Shown here: positions 11,587-24,234 of the stretch, piece by piece | Position numbering within the stretch: position 1 is the stretch's first letter | Layout: each line of letters begins with the position of its first letter | NCBI RefSeq assembly: GCF_023055435.1 | Contig: NW_025963879.1 | Coordinates: 19,096,001 to 19,160,000 of the forward strand | Direction: 5' to 3' | Origin: Haliotis rufescens | Lineage: Eukaryota | DNA length: 64,000 nucleotides | Notes under the pieces: generated by a model | What the model was told of the DNA's origin: nothing | Database searches by the model: none | Seen by the model: the letters and a program-made list of their open reading frames with translations, nothing else | Made by a program: the position numbers and the translations under genes

Positions 11587-12453
11587 TATACCCTGTTCCA
11601 TAGGGAACATTAGTTTATGAACCTTCTAAGATGAAACACGGTGACTTGCTGCAGCTATGATGGATGTGTGTTTTTTTTTTGTGTTTTTTTGACAACACCG
11701 CACTCCATCAAAATAATATTCTAATAAGAGCCCCCTATTCTAATTTTGAGAGTGCCCTGGGCGCTTTTTACATCAAATACAGTATTAGAATTTACACGAC
11801 TAAGGCTTCGGACTCATAGACAAAGTTGCAGACTTACTTTTTGAACAGCTACATCACAGTAGGTATTACAGTGCTTGAATTTAAGAATGGGTTCCTGGAA
11901 ATAATCAAGTCAAGACCAGCCAATCCTGTGACTGATATTATGACAATACATCAAACAGGCTTTAACCAAAGAGATTTCATGAAGTAAATTGTTGCTGTAT
12001 TTGCTGATACTCGGAAGAAAGTATAACTTCTACCCAGCTCCTGGCAAGTAGATGTTTATTTACCTTTCCAATAATTTGATGTTGATGCATCACATCGGAC
12101 AAAAGTTATTGAAACTAACCTAAAACAGTTTCCAAATGCTTCTTCCACTACTTATCCTCAGTATTTGAATGGTAATATCACTATCAGGGAAATCATTTAC
12201 ATTAATAATAAGATGGCAACAGGAAAAATGTGTAGGTGTATTATGCACTTACATTCTAGCACTTCACAGGCAGCTTGGGTCATATACTCTCCAGGGAGCT
12301 GAGAGTGAATGTTGAATGTACAGTGATCCATTGACCAGGGTAATAATGGTTTCTAGCGCCATGAGCATCCTCTTGGTAAGTAGAATCTGGTGCATAATAA
12401 ATGGACCTAGTCTAGCCACGGAATTATATATAGGTCCGTGGTCTAGCTAGCTA

Positions 12454-12735
12454 GGGGGCACGGATGGCCCCGTTCATCTTAGGCGGCCCGATTTGCTGTG
12501 CAGAGTTGCGTCCCTTAGGCACGCCAGAAACCTATGAATGTTGGTTTGAATCCCGGTTCGCCCCGATTATGTTTCTAGGTCTGTCAGCACCACACCCATG
12601 CTTGGGGTTTCACCAAAATGGTAAACCTCTGAGACCTGCATCACTTTGGGCTTTCCTCCCACATTAAGCTGACATGCCGTTATATAATTGGAATACTGTT
12701 AAAAGTGGTGTTAAACCCAACTAACTCACTCACTC
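12454..12735 (+). mobile_element. SINE family B, full length
   Basis: Colinear with 9502-9782 from head to (ACTC)n tail. Confidence 0.9.
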
Positions 12736-13637
12736 CAGCTAGCGATAGTGCTTCAAGCATTCTCCGATCATGCTGAAGACCAGGCAGGGATATACATAGC
12801 CACTTGTTCTTTAGTTCAAGACTAAAAAGTTTTAGAAGGACTAGTTGTTTACATCCAACATCTAGTTTTTTTACACGAACCCCCATTTCTGGTGTCGTGA
12901 TATTGCTGGAATATTGCTAAAAGCGGCGTAAAAGCATACTCACTCACTGACTTTACATGAACCACGAGTCTGAACTGATCGGTGGACTAGTTGGATTTAA
13001 CCGATGGCACCCACCCCTTCCAGGGTTCCATTTTCCGTAATTCTGTCTTCATCATTAAGTGATGACACAACAGACACCTTTCCAGTTCAGTTTGATTTCT
13101 TCACAAAGCCTGAAGACTAAGATCATTCTCATGTCATCATCTATTTGGAATAAGCAGTTTTGATCATTGAGAAAAGAGTAGCGGGAGTATTTATAGCAAT
13201 TTCACAGGAATAACTCATATGTTTCATCTATAATGAATAAATTTTTTTATTTTGATGCTTTCCTCGTGCTACATTATTCCAGCACTTGATCTGGATGCTG
13301 CTTTAATCAATATTTCTTAAGTTAATCACCTTTCCCTTATTACAAGGTTAATCAACTGTCACTTTTGTTTCCAAAGCAATTAGTCTTGTCAGTGCAGAAG
13401 GTAGAAGCAAGCATTGAGTGATCAAGTCAAGCAGGACGCAGCATATCATACAGTAACTACAAGTATGTAAGGCCAAAGTATTGAACTTCATATCTGATAA
13501 TCTGTGATATGGGGGGCCTGTGATCCTTGAAGATGTATATACAGTATTTCAATCTAAAGATCCCTGAAGCCACCATTTTGAAATTACCTAAGTGAAAGTC
13601 AATAAACATCTTATTCTCAGAAACAATTGTACCAATG

Positions 13638-13641
<4 letters not shown>

Positions 13642-13691
<50 letters not shown>
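13642..13691. repeat. (CT)n microsatellite
   Basis: About 25 CT units. Confidence 0.97.
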
Positions 13692-13693
<2 letters not shown>

Positions 13694-14756
13694 CCTTTAC
13701 TCTGCCGATTGTGTTCCGAATGTTATGAAATTGAATTTTGTGGTGATGATCCGTTTTTGAAAGTATTTCGAATTTAACCTTTGTTTGACCTCTCTACCTT
13801 GTCCATGGAAATATCTGAAATATAGCATCCACTTCAAATTGTTTTATTGTACCAGATTCATGCTCCCTCTGGACGTTCTAGATTAGCATAGGTCCCCAGC
13901 ATCCTGGTTGTAAGGCTAAATGAAACAGGTGGTTTGGCTCAGTTGATTGCATGGATTATTGCTCACAATATCAATCATCGGATTGTCTTACTTTATTATT
14001 TATGTGCCTCCATCATATGGCTTGAATGCTGCTGAGTGCAGCTTTAAACAAGAAACAAGTAGACAGACAAAAAGCATACTGAGTGTGATGAGGGAGTGTC
14101 AGCCTTCTGATGCCAGGCTGTCTATCAGGAACAGAAATGATTTGAAGAATGACTCTGGCACGCTGATGCGATGTTACAGAGAAAAGCTGTTGCCAGAAAC
14201 CAGGGTTGGCATTCTTAGCAAAATTCACATGAGATATCTTAGATTAATCAATTTAGCAGACAGAATCATTATGAGATTTCATTGTAGTAATATGATGTGG
14301 CAACTAAGCCAAACAGAATATTAATGTCAGGCGATGATGTAGTAGAGTTGCTGTCACTACGGTTGTCATAATAGAGACTGCATCACTTGTCTGTCTTGTT
14401 TTGTTTTCTTGTTATGTATCCTGTTGCTTCTTTGGTGCTTCATGAAATATGGATGATGGTATCTTTCTTGTTCACATGATCAAAGTCGTCCATGGCATTA
14501 GGTTTTATAACCTTTCATCAGTTTTCTTAAAATGACTTTGTGGCTCATGCTGGAATGTGAAAAATTCCTGACCTGAGGGGTCAAGTTTGTTTGTGTTTGT
14601 TAAGGTCCTAAAAAAGAGATAATATTTGATCTTCTGAAAAAATATCTTGTCCAATCTGTAATATGTATAAATATATTTGCTGAAATCTATCTTAATTCAC
14701 ATTCACTTTCTCTCTGAACTTTGTAAAGATGCTAAGATTCAGCTTCTGTTATATGT

Positions 14757-14936
14757 GAGTGAGTGAGTGAGTGAGTGAGTGAGTGTGGTTTTACGCCGCT
14801 TTTAGCAATATTCCAGCAATATCCCGGCGGGGGACACCAGAAATGGGCTTCACACATTGTACCCATGTCCGGAGTCGAACCCGGGTCTTCAGCGTGACAG
14901 GCGAACGCTCTAACCACTTGGCTACCCAACCGCCCC
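14757..14936 (-). mobile_element. SINE family A (short tRNA-derived SINE)
   Basis: Reverse complement has A box GTAGCCAAGTGG, B box GGTTCGACTCC and an (ACTC)n tail. Flanking repeat CTG(T/C)TATATGT. Confidence 0.9.
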
Positions 14937-15219
14937 ACTGCTATATGTATTTCACAGTGATTTGGTTCTTGTATTTATTTGAAAAACAGCAGGGTTGGAA
15001 TGGACAGCAAGCTTTACTCTTTGAGAAGACTTTTTGTAAAACTGGCCGCATCTGTGTGGATATAGCATCTTCCAGGAGAGTAGTTGGTGGTAAAAGATGG
15101 TACTTGTTGTTACCCTGCCTGGTCTTCTTCTTTCACACATTTCCTTGCATTGATCCAACCTCTTGAAATGACCCCCTAAAAATGATGCATATATTGGAAA
15201 TCCATTGACCAGGGTCATA

Positions 15220-16337
15220 CCGTATATCGCTGTGTATAAGGCGAGTTTTTCGTACCTCAAGTTAGGGGGCAGTCAAGGGGGGTCGTCTTATACACAGGGT
15301 TGAAGAGTTTTGATGTCTTTCCCCCCAACACAGACATAAGTGTGAGCATGTAACACCGGAAATACCATGTCAACAAATCCGTAATGAAGTACGCAAACTA
15401 ATCATGTAATTACACTGTCTGGTTATAAAAACAGTTCATTAGATATCTGGACTTACCTTTGTAATCTATTTTATTAATTTTATTCAAAATTTCATTCGAT
15501 ATTGTTTATTTTCATTTCGGCAAAATCGTATGTGAAGTGATCAGAAGATCGCAAAACTCACCGTTATTTAAAGCAACCTCGCTCATATTACCGCCATTGA
15601 CACCTTGAAACAAACTTTAGTGGATAGAGAATGGATAAAAATATCATAAATGCGATGCTTGACTCAGAAGCATCGGCGGAGATTGGTAAAATTGTTCCAT
15701 ATGAAAAAGATATCCGGCAATAGCGATCAGCTGTACCAAAGCGCTACGCTTATGGTTATCAATTTATTTCAAATATATATAGTAAAATACTACTAAAATA
15801 ACATGATATTGGAATATATTATTCCGAATAAAATAATAGTTTCAGATTCAATTCTTTCGATTATTGTATCAAAATTCATTCATGTTATATTATTGAGTAA
15901 TTATTAACCAAATCACCAGTAGATTCCGAGAAACGTGTGTACAGCTGATTGCTACTTCCGGCTTAGTTTACGAGAAAATACACACGGTAATCTTAATCTC
16001 TCCATATAAAACAATGCCTATAAGAACAGGAAATACAATTTAATCGGTAAATGAATGATTATGTCTAGTGTTTGTTTATCTCAACTTTTAAATTTGTATT
16101 GACAAAGTTTAATTGTTATGATCTGTTATTTCCTTGAATTCACTGAAGGGAAATGATGTGATTTTTTCTGCGGAAGACAAACACGTTTTTATTGCAAATG
16201 TAGGGATTGTGTATGCGCTGGTGACGTGCTTCATTCCGATTCGCTTTATAGACGGGGTATATAAATTAGCATCGATTTTAAAGGCTTGTACAGGGGGGTC
16301 TTATACGTGGGGTCGCTTTATGGATGGCAATATATTG
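15220..16337. mobile_element. Tc2-like non-autonomous element B (copy 1), degenerate right TIR
   Basis: TA|CCGTATATCGCTGTGTATAAGGCGA is identical to the TIR at 40205. The right subterminal region matches 41140-41185, then an eroded TIR ends before TA at 16338. Confidence 0.8.
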
Positions 16338-16507
16338 TAATAATGCAGCGCTTCAAGCATACATTGCATATGGAGTTTTGCTCTTTACATGTGAACTGTT
16401 ATTATTATTATTAAATTGAGGACCAATTTAACACAGGCACATAGTTCACAAATGAAAAGATTTAATCAGTTGACAGTAATATGTTTCAGCTTTAGTCTAT
16501 TTCATCT

Positions 16508-17198
16508 GAGGTGAGGTGAAATAGGATTTAACACCACGTTCAGGATTATTGCACTTACATAGCAACATGCAATCACATGAGGACATCCCATTACGGGTCA
16601 CGTCAGAACGAACTTTCATCCAACCAATCAGAGCGTCGCTTACCAGATCATGAAAGTGACAGTCGGAATGTGTTTTCTAATTATGCAACCTCGAAATATT
16701 TAACAGAAGGTATTCCGAACGACAGTTACGGGTTTAATGATTATATCCATACAATTTAGACCAACTATAAGCCATACCAGAATGATCTTTAGATCAGTTT
16801 AAAAAGAATTAATCGAGAATACGTCAAAATATGTTTCGAACCGTAGTCGCCAGTTTGAAACTAGTGTCATAAAGCTCGAGAAAGCTGCCTTCTGATTGGC
16901 TAATGTCGATTTCTTGTCAGTCATTTCATTGATCGGTCAAAGTTCACAAAAGGTTGTTCTGACGTGACCTGTAAAGGGATGTCCTCAGATCTTTGTTTAG
17001 CAGTAGCGAAAACTAAGATCTGATTTTAATGAGATTTACACATTATACTGATTCTAAGCCGACCAGACCCTTTAATGCCCTTGATGCCGAGCCAGGCATC
17101 AAGTACCATATTTTAACATGTTTTGGTATGACACAGCCAGGGGATTAAGCCACCGCCCTTTGGGCAGACACTACATCCACTTCACCATGGATGTGGTC
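16508..17198 (-). mobile_element. SINE family D, old copy split by a MULE-like insertion
   Basis: 16508-16576 is the reverse complement of the family D tail; 17040-17198 is the reverse complement of its head and Meta-like domain. Confidence 0.75.
16577..17036. mobile_element. MULE-like MITE, left end truncated
   Basis: Aligns to 36762-36925 and 37115-37312 of the intact copy, with a shorter, different middle. Confidence 0.85.
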
Positions 17199-17299
17199 TC
17201 CAGCTCACTGACACATACAAGCTTAGCAAAGGTTTGTATGTGACAAAACCACCTTAAGTCCTTAAGTAAGCTTGTTTGAAAGCTCCTTTGGGGATTTCT

Positions 17300-18450
17300 T
17301 TTAACCTTGAAAAGACCATACATTTTGTGGATCAAGTTTTGAATGATCCATGCAATTGCGATTTATGAAAAGGATAATCTGGATGGTTTCGTTAACTTAA
17401 TAAAATCATACAAGTATTGTATCTTTAAATTTCCTTTGTTGTCAAAACTGTCAAGATTTAGTTTTCTTCCAACTTTGACATTGAAATAATCCCTACTTTG
17501 GCGGATGATGCGTTCTGTCACCAAGTGTTCTTCATTGTGTGTTGATGCGAAACAAGGATTCATCTTCAAAGAAGCACAATTACAAAAGAGGAAGAAGATT
17601 CTTTTGTTGAAGTTCACTCAGTGCACAAACGAACAAGAAAACAAGGAAACTTTTACATTCTTCCACATCCCTAAAATACTTCCTGCTTATAAAAAGATTG
17701 AATTGTGCAGAGGTTCAATGTATACAGTATGGTTTGTTTCTAAATAATTCTGTTCGGACATAGAAAATATTGCATTGATCCATGTGTCATAGTTGTCCTA
17801 CTACAAAGTGATACTGTCAAAACTGATCTGTAATGAGTAATAGGCCGACATTTACTGGTGGGATTTTATGACTTGCTTTACAAGGGAAAGAGCATGTGCT
17901 ATCTTTAACCAACACAACTTTAGCATACTAAAATGATATGAAGAGACTATAGAAATAAACTGACTCCAGGTAAAAATCAGATTTTGACATTATCGTTCCG
18001 TAACAAGCTGTGAGAATCCTGCCTCTAGGCGAGATCTACTCCCACGCACAGCTCTGGATTACATTCTATATTTCATCATGGTTGCAAGGATGTAGGGTTG
18101 GAAAGTTCCCTGTAGTCTGTCGGCAAGGCGATTGAGCTTAAAATTTTGATTATCTATTTTTTTAGATATTGCCTTTGTTTAATATGGTGGATGATCTTTT
18201 TAATATTTTGAACATCCTTGCATGCTTTTTCAATTTATTCTTAAGTTCAACTTTCATTATTTTTTCTTTGAAAGAAATATCCTTTTTGTTCTGATGTGGT
18301 AGTTCCTGATAAGAGTTTAGAATATTCATGTGTTTCCACATGCTCTTTGCCAATTATTAACTCCATCTATAATTAACTCTGTCTGAATTGTTGGGGAGAA
18401 TAGGGCTCACATGCTAGTCACAATCAGGTGATCTGAAACTGGAGATTAGC
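17300..18450 (-). pseudogene. Decayed L1/Tx1-like LINE ORF2 fragments
   Basis: Minus-strand SPVSDHLIV (APE endonuclease SDH motif, ~18420-18445) followed by KSMWKHMNILN, and further on WKNVKVSLFSCSF...MNPCFASTHNEEHLV...GNLKIQYLYDFI, like the zf-RVT region. Many stops and frameshifts. Confidence 0.4.
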
Positions 18451-18699
18451 TGGTCACAATGGCTCTTGTGTGTGTGTATATAAAACTTTATGACCACGAC
18501 GAAAATCCATCTGTTTTTACTTGAGGGGTGTGGTGGTTGTAGCAATTGATCGTAGACTGTTTCTATTGAACAGAGTGTGGTGCTCAATCTTGGTGTCTCT
18601 TGCTGTATTATAGTGCTAGGATATTGATGAGTGAGTCATTAAACAATACTTGTGTCATTGTTGCTGACCATGTCATAGAATACTGCTCACTAACATTGC

Positions 18700-19050
18700 A
18701 GAGTTGGATTGGTGTTCATGCTATCAACCGCTGGTTTGCCTGACATCTCTTAGTGTACCAGCACCATACTGGTGTGTATACGTCCTCTGACAGTGTGGAC
18801 TGGAGTTCATGCTATCAATCACTGGTTTGCCTGACAACTTTGGTTTGCAAGCACATATTGGTGTGGCATCGGCCTCTGACAGTGTAGAATGGAGTTCATG
18901 CTGTCAACCACTGGTTTGCTTGACAACTCTCAGTGTGCTAGCACCATATTGGTGTGTCATCATACTCTGACAGTGTGGAATGGAGTTCATGCTGTCAACC
19001 ACTGGTTTGCCTGACAACTCTCAGTGTGCCAGCACCATACTGGTGTGTCA
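18700..19050 (+). repeat. ~90-bp degenerate tandem repeat, ~4 copies; monomer at ~28945-29000
   Basis: CTCTGACAGTGT.GA.TGGAGTTCATGCT.TCAA.CACTGGTTTGC.TGACAACT recurs at ~18785, ~18874 and ~18965. Confidence 0.88.
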
Positions 19051-19514
19051 TTGATATTGATATGTATGGGTTTCAACAAAGGGGTAATCAAAAGGGTGAT
19101 GGCGTGCATCACTTTGGAAACTCCTCCACAATAATCTGACATACTGACATATATATCTGAAATTCTTTTCAAAGTGGTTCACTCACTGATTCATTGGCTC
19201 TTGCTCCACCAACTTGAATGAATGAGCCAAAGCATCTTCAGAATGTGAAGTGATAATGGTTTGCCTTGCTCCATGCTAGTTGGCCTGTCAAAATATAATG
19301 TATGTCTATCACCATTTCCGGTCACGAGCTTCACCTGTTGTCTGGAATTGTAATTGCCCTTAATGTTTCTTGGGTTACCTTACTTCATCAAGGAGGGTAT
19401 AACGAGTGGAAGAACTGAAAGAGCCCAAGCATTACCAGGAAGGAATGAGACGTTTTGTCATAATTGAATAGGCATGAGCAATTTAAACTTAATTAAGACG
19501 AGAGATCTAACACA

Positions 19515-19820
19515 ACCCCGCTCTAATAAGCGCCCACGGCGATATTTGCTAATATATTGGCTTGTGAACAATCCCAATTAGCACCCTTTCCGATTGATCA
19601 ATGTACACAAGACTTTTTTATTTGTGTATAGTACGTGTGATATATGCATCCTTAATAATGGGAAATAAAATTCTTGAAAAATATATCTGTCGTATATAAA
19701 CATTTCAGGCTGTCAGCATAAACCACGAAATTTACGATCTTTCAACTCTTTCAATAATATTCTTATAAGAGCCCCCTATTTCTAATTTTGAGAGCGCCCA
19801 GGGCGCTTATTATGTTGAAT
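19515..19820. mobile_element. Tc2-like MITE family A, termini eroded
   Basis: Colinear with 11290-11582. Confidence 0.85.
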
Positions 19821-19889
19821 AGGGAACATTAGTTTATGAACCTTGTAAGATGAAACACGGTGACTTGCTGCAAGTATGATGGATGTGTG

Positions 19890-20135
19890 GTTTTTTTGTG
19901 TGTTTTTTTGACAACACCGCACTCATCAATATCCCAGCCATTTGACGGCGGTCTGTAAATAATCAAGTCTAGACCAGACAAATCCAGTGATTGATATCAT
20001 GAACATCGATCCATGCAATTGGGATATGATGTCATGTATCAAACAAGTCAGGGAGCCTGACCACCTTATACTGTTAATCGCCTCTTAAAACAAGCATAGG
20101 TTGCTGAAGACTTATTCTAACCCGGATCCAATACA
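19890..20135 (-). mobile_element. Retroposon family C, single-hairpin subtype
   Basis: Colinear with the other C copies. Confidence 0.85.
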
Positions 20136-20711
20136 GCCCATTTCAGAAAATGAAGAGAATCTCTGGCCTCCTTTAGATCATATTGTATTAAAATAATTTA
20201 CCAACTTTTTTTCTGAAGAATATGTTCATATCAGAGACGAGATGTCAGTCTATGAGACCTTCAACCTATCCAGATTCTGTGAAGGATGATCTTTCACCTG
20301 ATGAAAAGGCAAGAAGTAGCCCTGAAATGTTGTTAAAAACAATAAAGTTGTTTTCCATTGAAGTTTCATGTCTTCATGACTTATCATCACATATAGATGT
20401 TTGCAACTTTCATCCGATGGCATTTGCATTTTTAACTTTTCCCTCATTTTTTCCAAAATGACATTTTGGCAAAAGTATTATTCTTTGAGAGGACCCTTTG
20501 GATAACTATCATTAGTGATAATGCAGCACTTGAATGAACACTACACTCATGAATGCAGTGTTGTACCAGTGTTGGGAATTAGAAAGTGAGATTGCCCAGG
20601 AGTTTGTAGGAGGGGAAAATTAGGATTTCAGACTTCACATGTCATCTGTTGTAGCATTCTAAAGACTCACAAAGGGTGTACGAATGTTGGGATGTTGTTG
20701 GTTGGTTGATA

Positions 20712-20962
20712 TGTTGTTTAACACCGCACTCAGAAATATTCCAGTTATGACGGTGGTCTGTAAATGATCAAGTCTGGACCAGACAATCCACTGATTGATG
20801 CCATGAGCATTGATCCACGCAATTGGGATCAATGACATGCCTCAATCAAGTTAGTGAGTCTGACCACACCATCCCGTTAGTCGCCTCTTACGACAAGCAT
20901 AGTCGCCTTTTACGGCAAACATAGGTTGCTGAAGACCTATTCTATCCCTGATCTTCACGGGT
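20712..20962 (-). mobile_element. Retroposon family C, full length, duplicated-hairpin subtype
   Basis: Reverse complement ACCCGTGAAGATCAGGGATAGAATAGGTCTTCAGCAACC...GCCGTAAAAGGCGACTATGCTTGTCGTAAGAGGCGACTAACGGG, through to the shared tail. Confidence 0.88.
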
Positions 20963-21093
20963 AAATGTCGGGATGTAAACCCTGAATCTATGAGTGTCAT
21001 AGTAAGCCAGTTGGACATTGCTCTTAATATTAGCCACTGGTTTGTCTGGCCATGACAACCCACAAATGAAGGACACAGAAGTGCATGTGGTGG

Positions 21094-21161
21094 CACTCAC
21101 TCACTCACTCACTCACTCACTCACTCACTCACTCACTCACTCACTCACTCACTCACTCACC
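21094..21161. repeat. (ACTC)n microsatellite
   Basis: About 16 units; same motif as the SINE A/B tails. Confidence 0.95.
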
Positions 21162-23619
21162 ACCCACTCTTTTTTAATCTCGCATGACATAACACACTTA
21201 TTGCAATGGTCAAAAGTAATTAAATCTATAACCATTGTCCTTTTTTTTGTTATAAAATTGTGTGACATCTCCTCAGTTCTTTTTCCTTTTTTCGCATTAT
21301 GCTTCGTAAATAAAAATACATTATCAGCACAGCACTTTGGTAAAGCCCAATTGAGCTTTTATGAATGGAACTGTCACTGAACTGAGAATCCACTGCATTA
21401 GATCCTCCCAAGGGCCCGACCTATGTTGCTTTACGTCAGTGAGGGCAACAGGTGGTAAGAAAACAGTGATCTCTTCACAATGTAAATCAAGACCTTCTTG
21501 TCTTGACATATCTATACCTGTGTTGGACGTTGACAGTTGTTTTTCACTGAGCGCTTGTTGGTAAAATCCTATTATACTCAGCACAGAGGTGATCCAAACA
21601 GAATCCCCATTTCCCATATCAGTCACAAATGCAGAATAGCACACCTCGGGTTTTGTACAAAAAACAGATTGACATAACACGTTCCAACCCAGACACTCTT
21701 GGGCCTTTCTTAGTCTGGTAAATCAATATGGAACAAATGAGCTTTTATTTAGCTCTATAGAATTTACTTTTGAGGAAGAAGGAGGTTTTAAGCCTGTTAT
21801 GCCGTAACCCTTTGATGTCCATTTCCTTTCATGGTAATGGCTTGGAATGGGCTCAGTGAGAGGAAAATAGGGCCATTGTTTCCGATTTGTGAACAGTGAC
21901 ATGTTTTTCAAACAGCTTATTTTTCACAAAAGCAAAGGTCTAAACCAGTCTTGTAATGACAAATATGCTGTATTCATTCTTGCTGTTTTCATATCATTGC
22001 TGTTTTTTCTTGAGGTTGCTTTCCTCATTTATTGCAATAAAACTTCAATGAAGTGGTGAGTTCAGGTGTTTTGTCTGGTAAGCAGAGATTAAACAGAAAT
22101 ATTCTCCATGGCTACTCTTTGATTTGCACTGGAATTACATAACTGATTGTGACTTTGCAGACAAAAGGTTGAATATAGGGTTTAGAATTGGAGCAGTGTG
22201 TTTATTCACGGATATGATGAAGTTGTCAAGAGTTGAACTTTCAATCTGTTGGAAATATCAAGGACCGTGATACAAATACATGGGTTTTAGTGTATTAGCC
22301 TAGAACTGAAATCCTTTAGGTAGCACTTTTATCAAAATGGATTATTTTTATAACCGGCCACTCATTCTTTGATAGATTAGAAAAATTTAAAGACACAACA
22401 ACATAAATCTTACAAGATTAATAAGTCTTTTACTAAAAAATAAAAAATAATTGCTCACATGGATTGTATATATATTATTTGACCTCAAATATCTTAAGAG
22501 AACAAATTCTTGTCTGACTGAAGTAAGTTCATGAATATGTAACTGTACATTTGTTAAACATCTTGCTCTTCAAACAGAATGAACACTGTCCCCCTCTGAG
22601 GAGACACCCAAAGAACTTTATGGAACATTTGTCAGCACCTTCGAAGAAATCAGAAGGTATACATACTTTCCATGAACAATTCCTGCAATGCTGTCATTCA
22701 AGTTTTCTTCATCTGTATTTTTTTATTTGATATGCTGTGATGAAAACCTAGATTATGTTCTGTTTTTCATATTTGTATCATGGGTATGTCTGAACAAGTT
22801 GCTCATAGACTCACTATCATCAAGATGCAATTTCTTTTTAACTTTTCAAAGCCATTGTCATGGAAAGGGGAAGACCATTGTGATACATTCTTTACAAAAT
22901 TATGCCTGTAAATGCCATCTGATGTTTTTCCCCTCAAGATCTTAATGATATTTAATTGACACTCCAGGTATACCAATTTCAGAATCATACCTACTAACTA
23001 ATCCTATCTACTTGTTTCAGAGGAATCAAAATCTGAAAATTTGAAATAATTGTATTATACATTTACAATCTTTACTTGAAGGAAATGACATCAAAATTGA
23101 ATTCTCCACAAATGAGGAGCTCAAGTGGACAACATATATCGTCCTTGGACTCACAGGACTCCTTGGACTCTAAGATTGCAGCTACGATAATGATGTCTAC
23201 AAACAGATAGACGTGTACAGAGGTGGACAGCAGTTAGGGAAATAGTCTCCACAAGATGCAATCATGCCACGTTGTGCAGGAAGACTGTCTCCATGTTGCT
23301 GATTGCAGGCCTAGCATTGCACACTTCAATCAATAGAGTAACCAAGAGGTCTGCCCTACCATTGCAATTAAACAACACAGGAATATCTTCAAAGACAAGC
23401 TTATGTAGAATGCAAGACATTTCTTAAAACTGTCATCAAAACATGATTACATTTTTTGCGTTGAATGTTTTTAAGAGTGCTGCATGCATGACAGTTGACA
23501 TCTTTGTTGAGGTTTCCATTAGAATGTGTATTTTTTGTTGTCTAAGAACTGTGGAATGTAATTGTGGATTAATAGCAGTAAATGGTTTAAAGTTGAAACA
23601 AATAGCTAGAAGGTACATC

Positions 23620-24180
23620 TCTCTGCCAGAAAATACTTCTTCATGCCAGAAAGCACTCCTTTGTGCCAGAATGTACCTCTCTTCCTGCCAAGATGTACCT
23701 CTCCTTACCAGATGGTAGTCTTTCATGCCAGCATCTACCCAATCATTGCCAGAATGTACTCCTCGCTACCAAAATGTACCTATTTGAACCCAACCATTGC
23801 CAGAATGTATCCCTTTGTGCCAGAATGTACCCCTTCATGTCCAAAATATCCCTGCTTGCCAGAAAGTACCCCTGCTTATGCCAGAAAGTATCCCTTTGTG
23901 CCAGAATGTTCCCCCTTGTGCCAGAATGTATCAGTCATTTACAGAATATACCACTTTGTGCCAGAATGTACCAGTCATTTACAGAATATACCACTTTGTG
24001 CCAGAATGTCCCAATCATTTACAGAATATACCACTTTGTGCCAGAATGTACCCCTTCATACCCAAAGGTATCCCTGCTTATGCCAGAAAGTACACCACCT
24101 TTCCAGAATGAACCGTTCCCTGCCAGAATGTCATCTTCCTGCTAGACTGAACCAGTTTGTGCAAGAATGTACTCTACCTG
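23620..24180. repeat. Degenerate ~20-21-bp minisatellite with a 40-bp dimer block
   Basis: GCCAGAATGTA/GCCAGAAAGTA core every ~20 bp. TCATTTACAGAATATACCACTTTGTGCCAGAATGT occurs three times at 40-bp spacing (23935-24050). Confidence 0.9.
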
Positions 24181-24234
24181 GTCTGTATCTACCTTACAAC
24201 AAAATACCATGGAGAATATCATCTTTGAAGTCAA

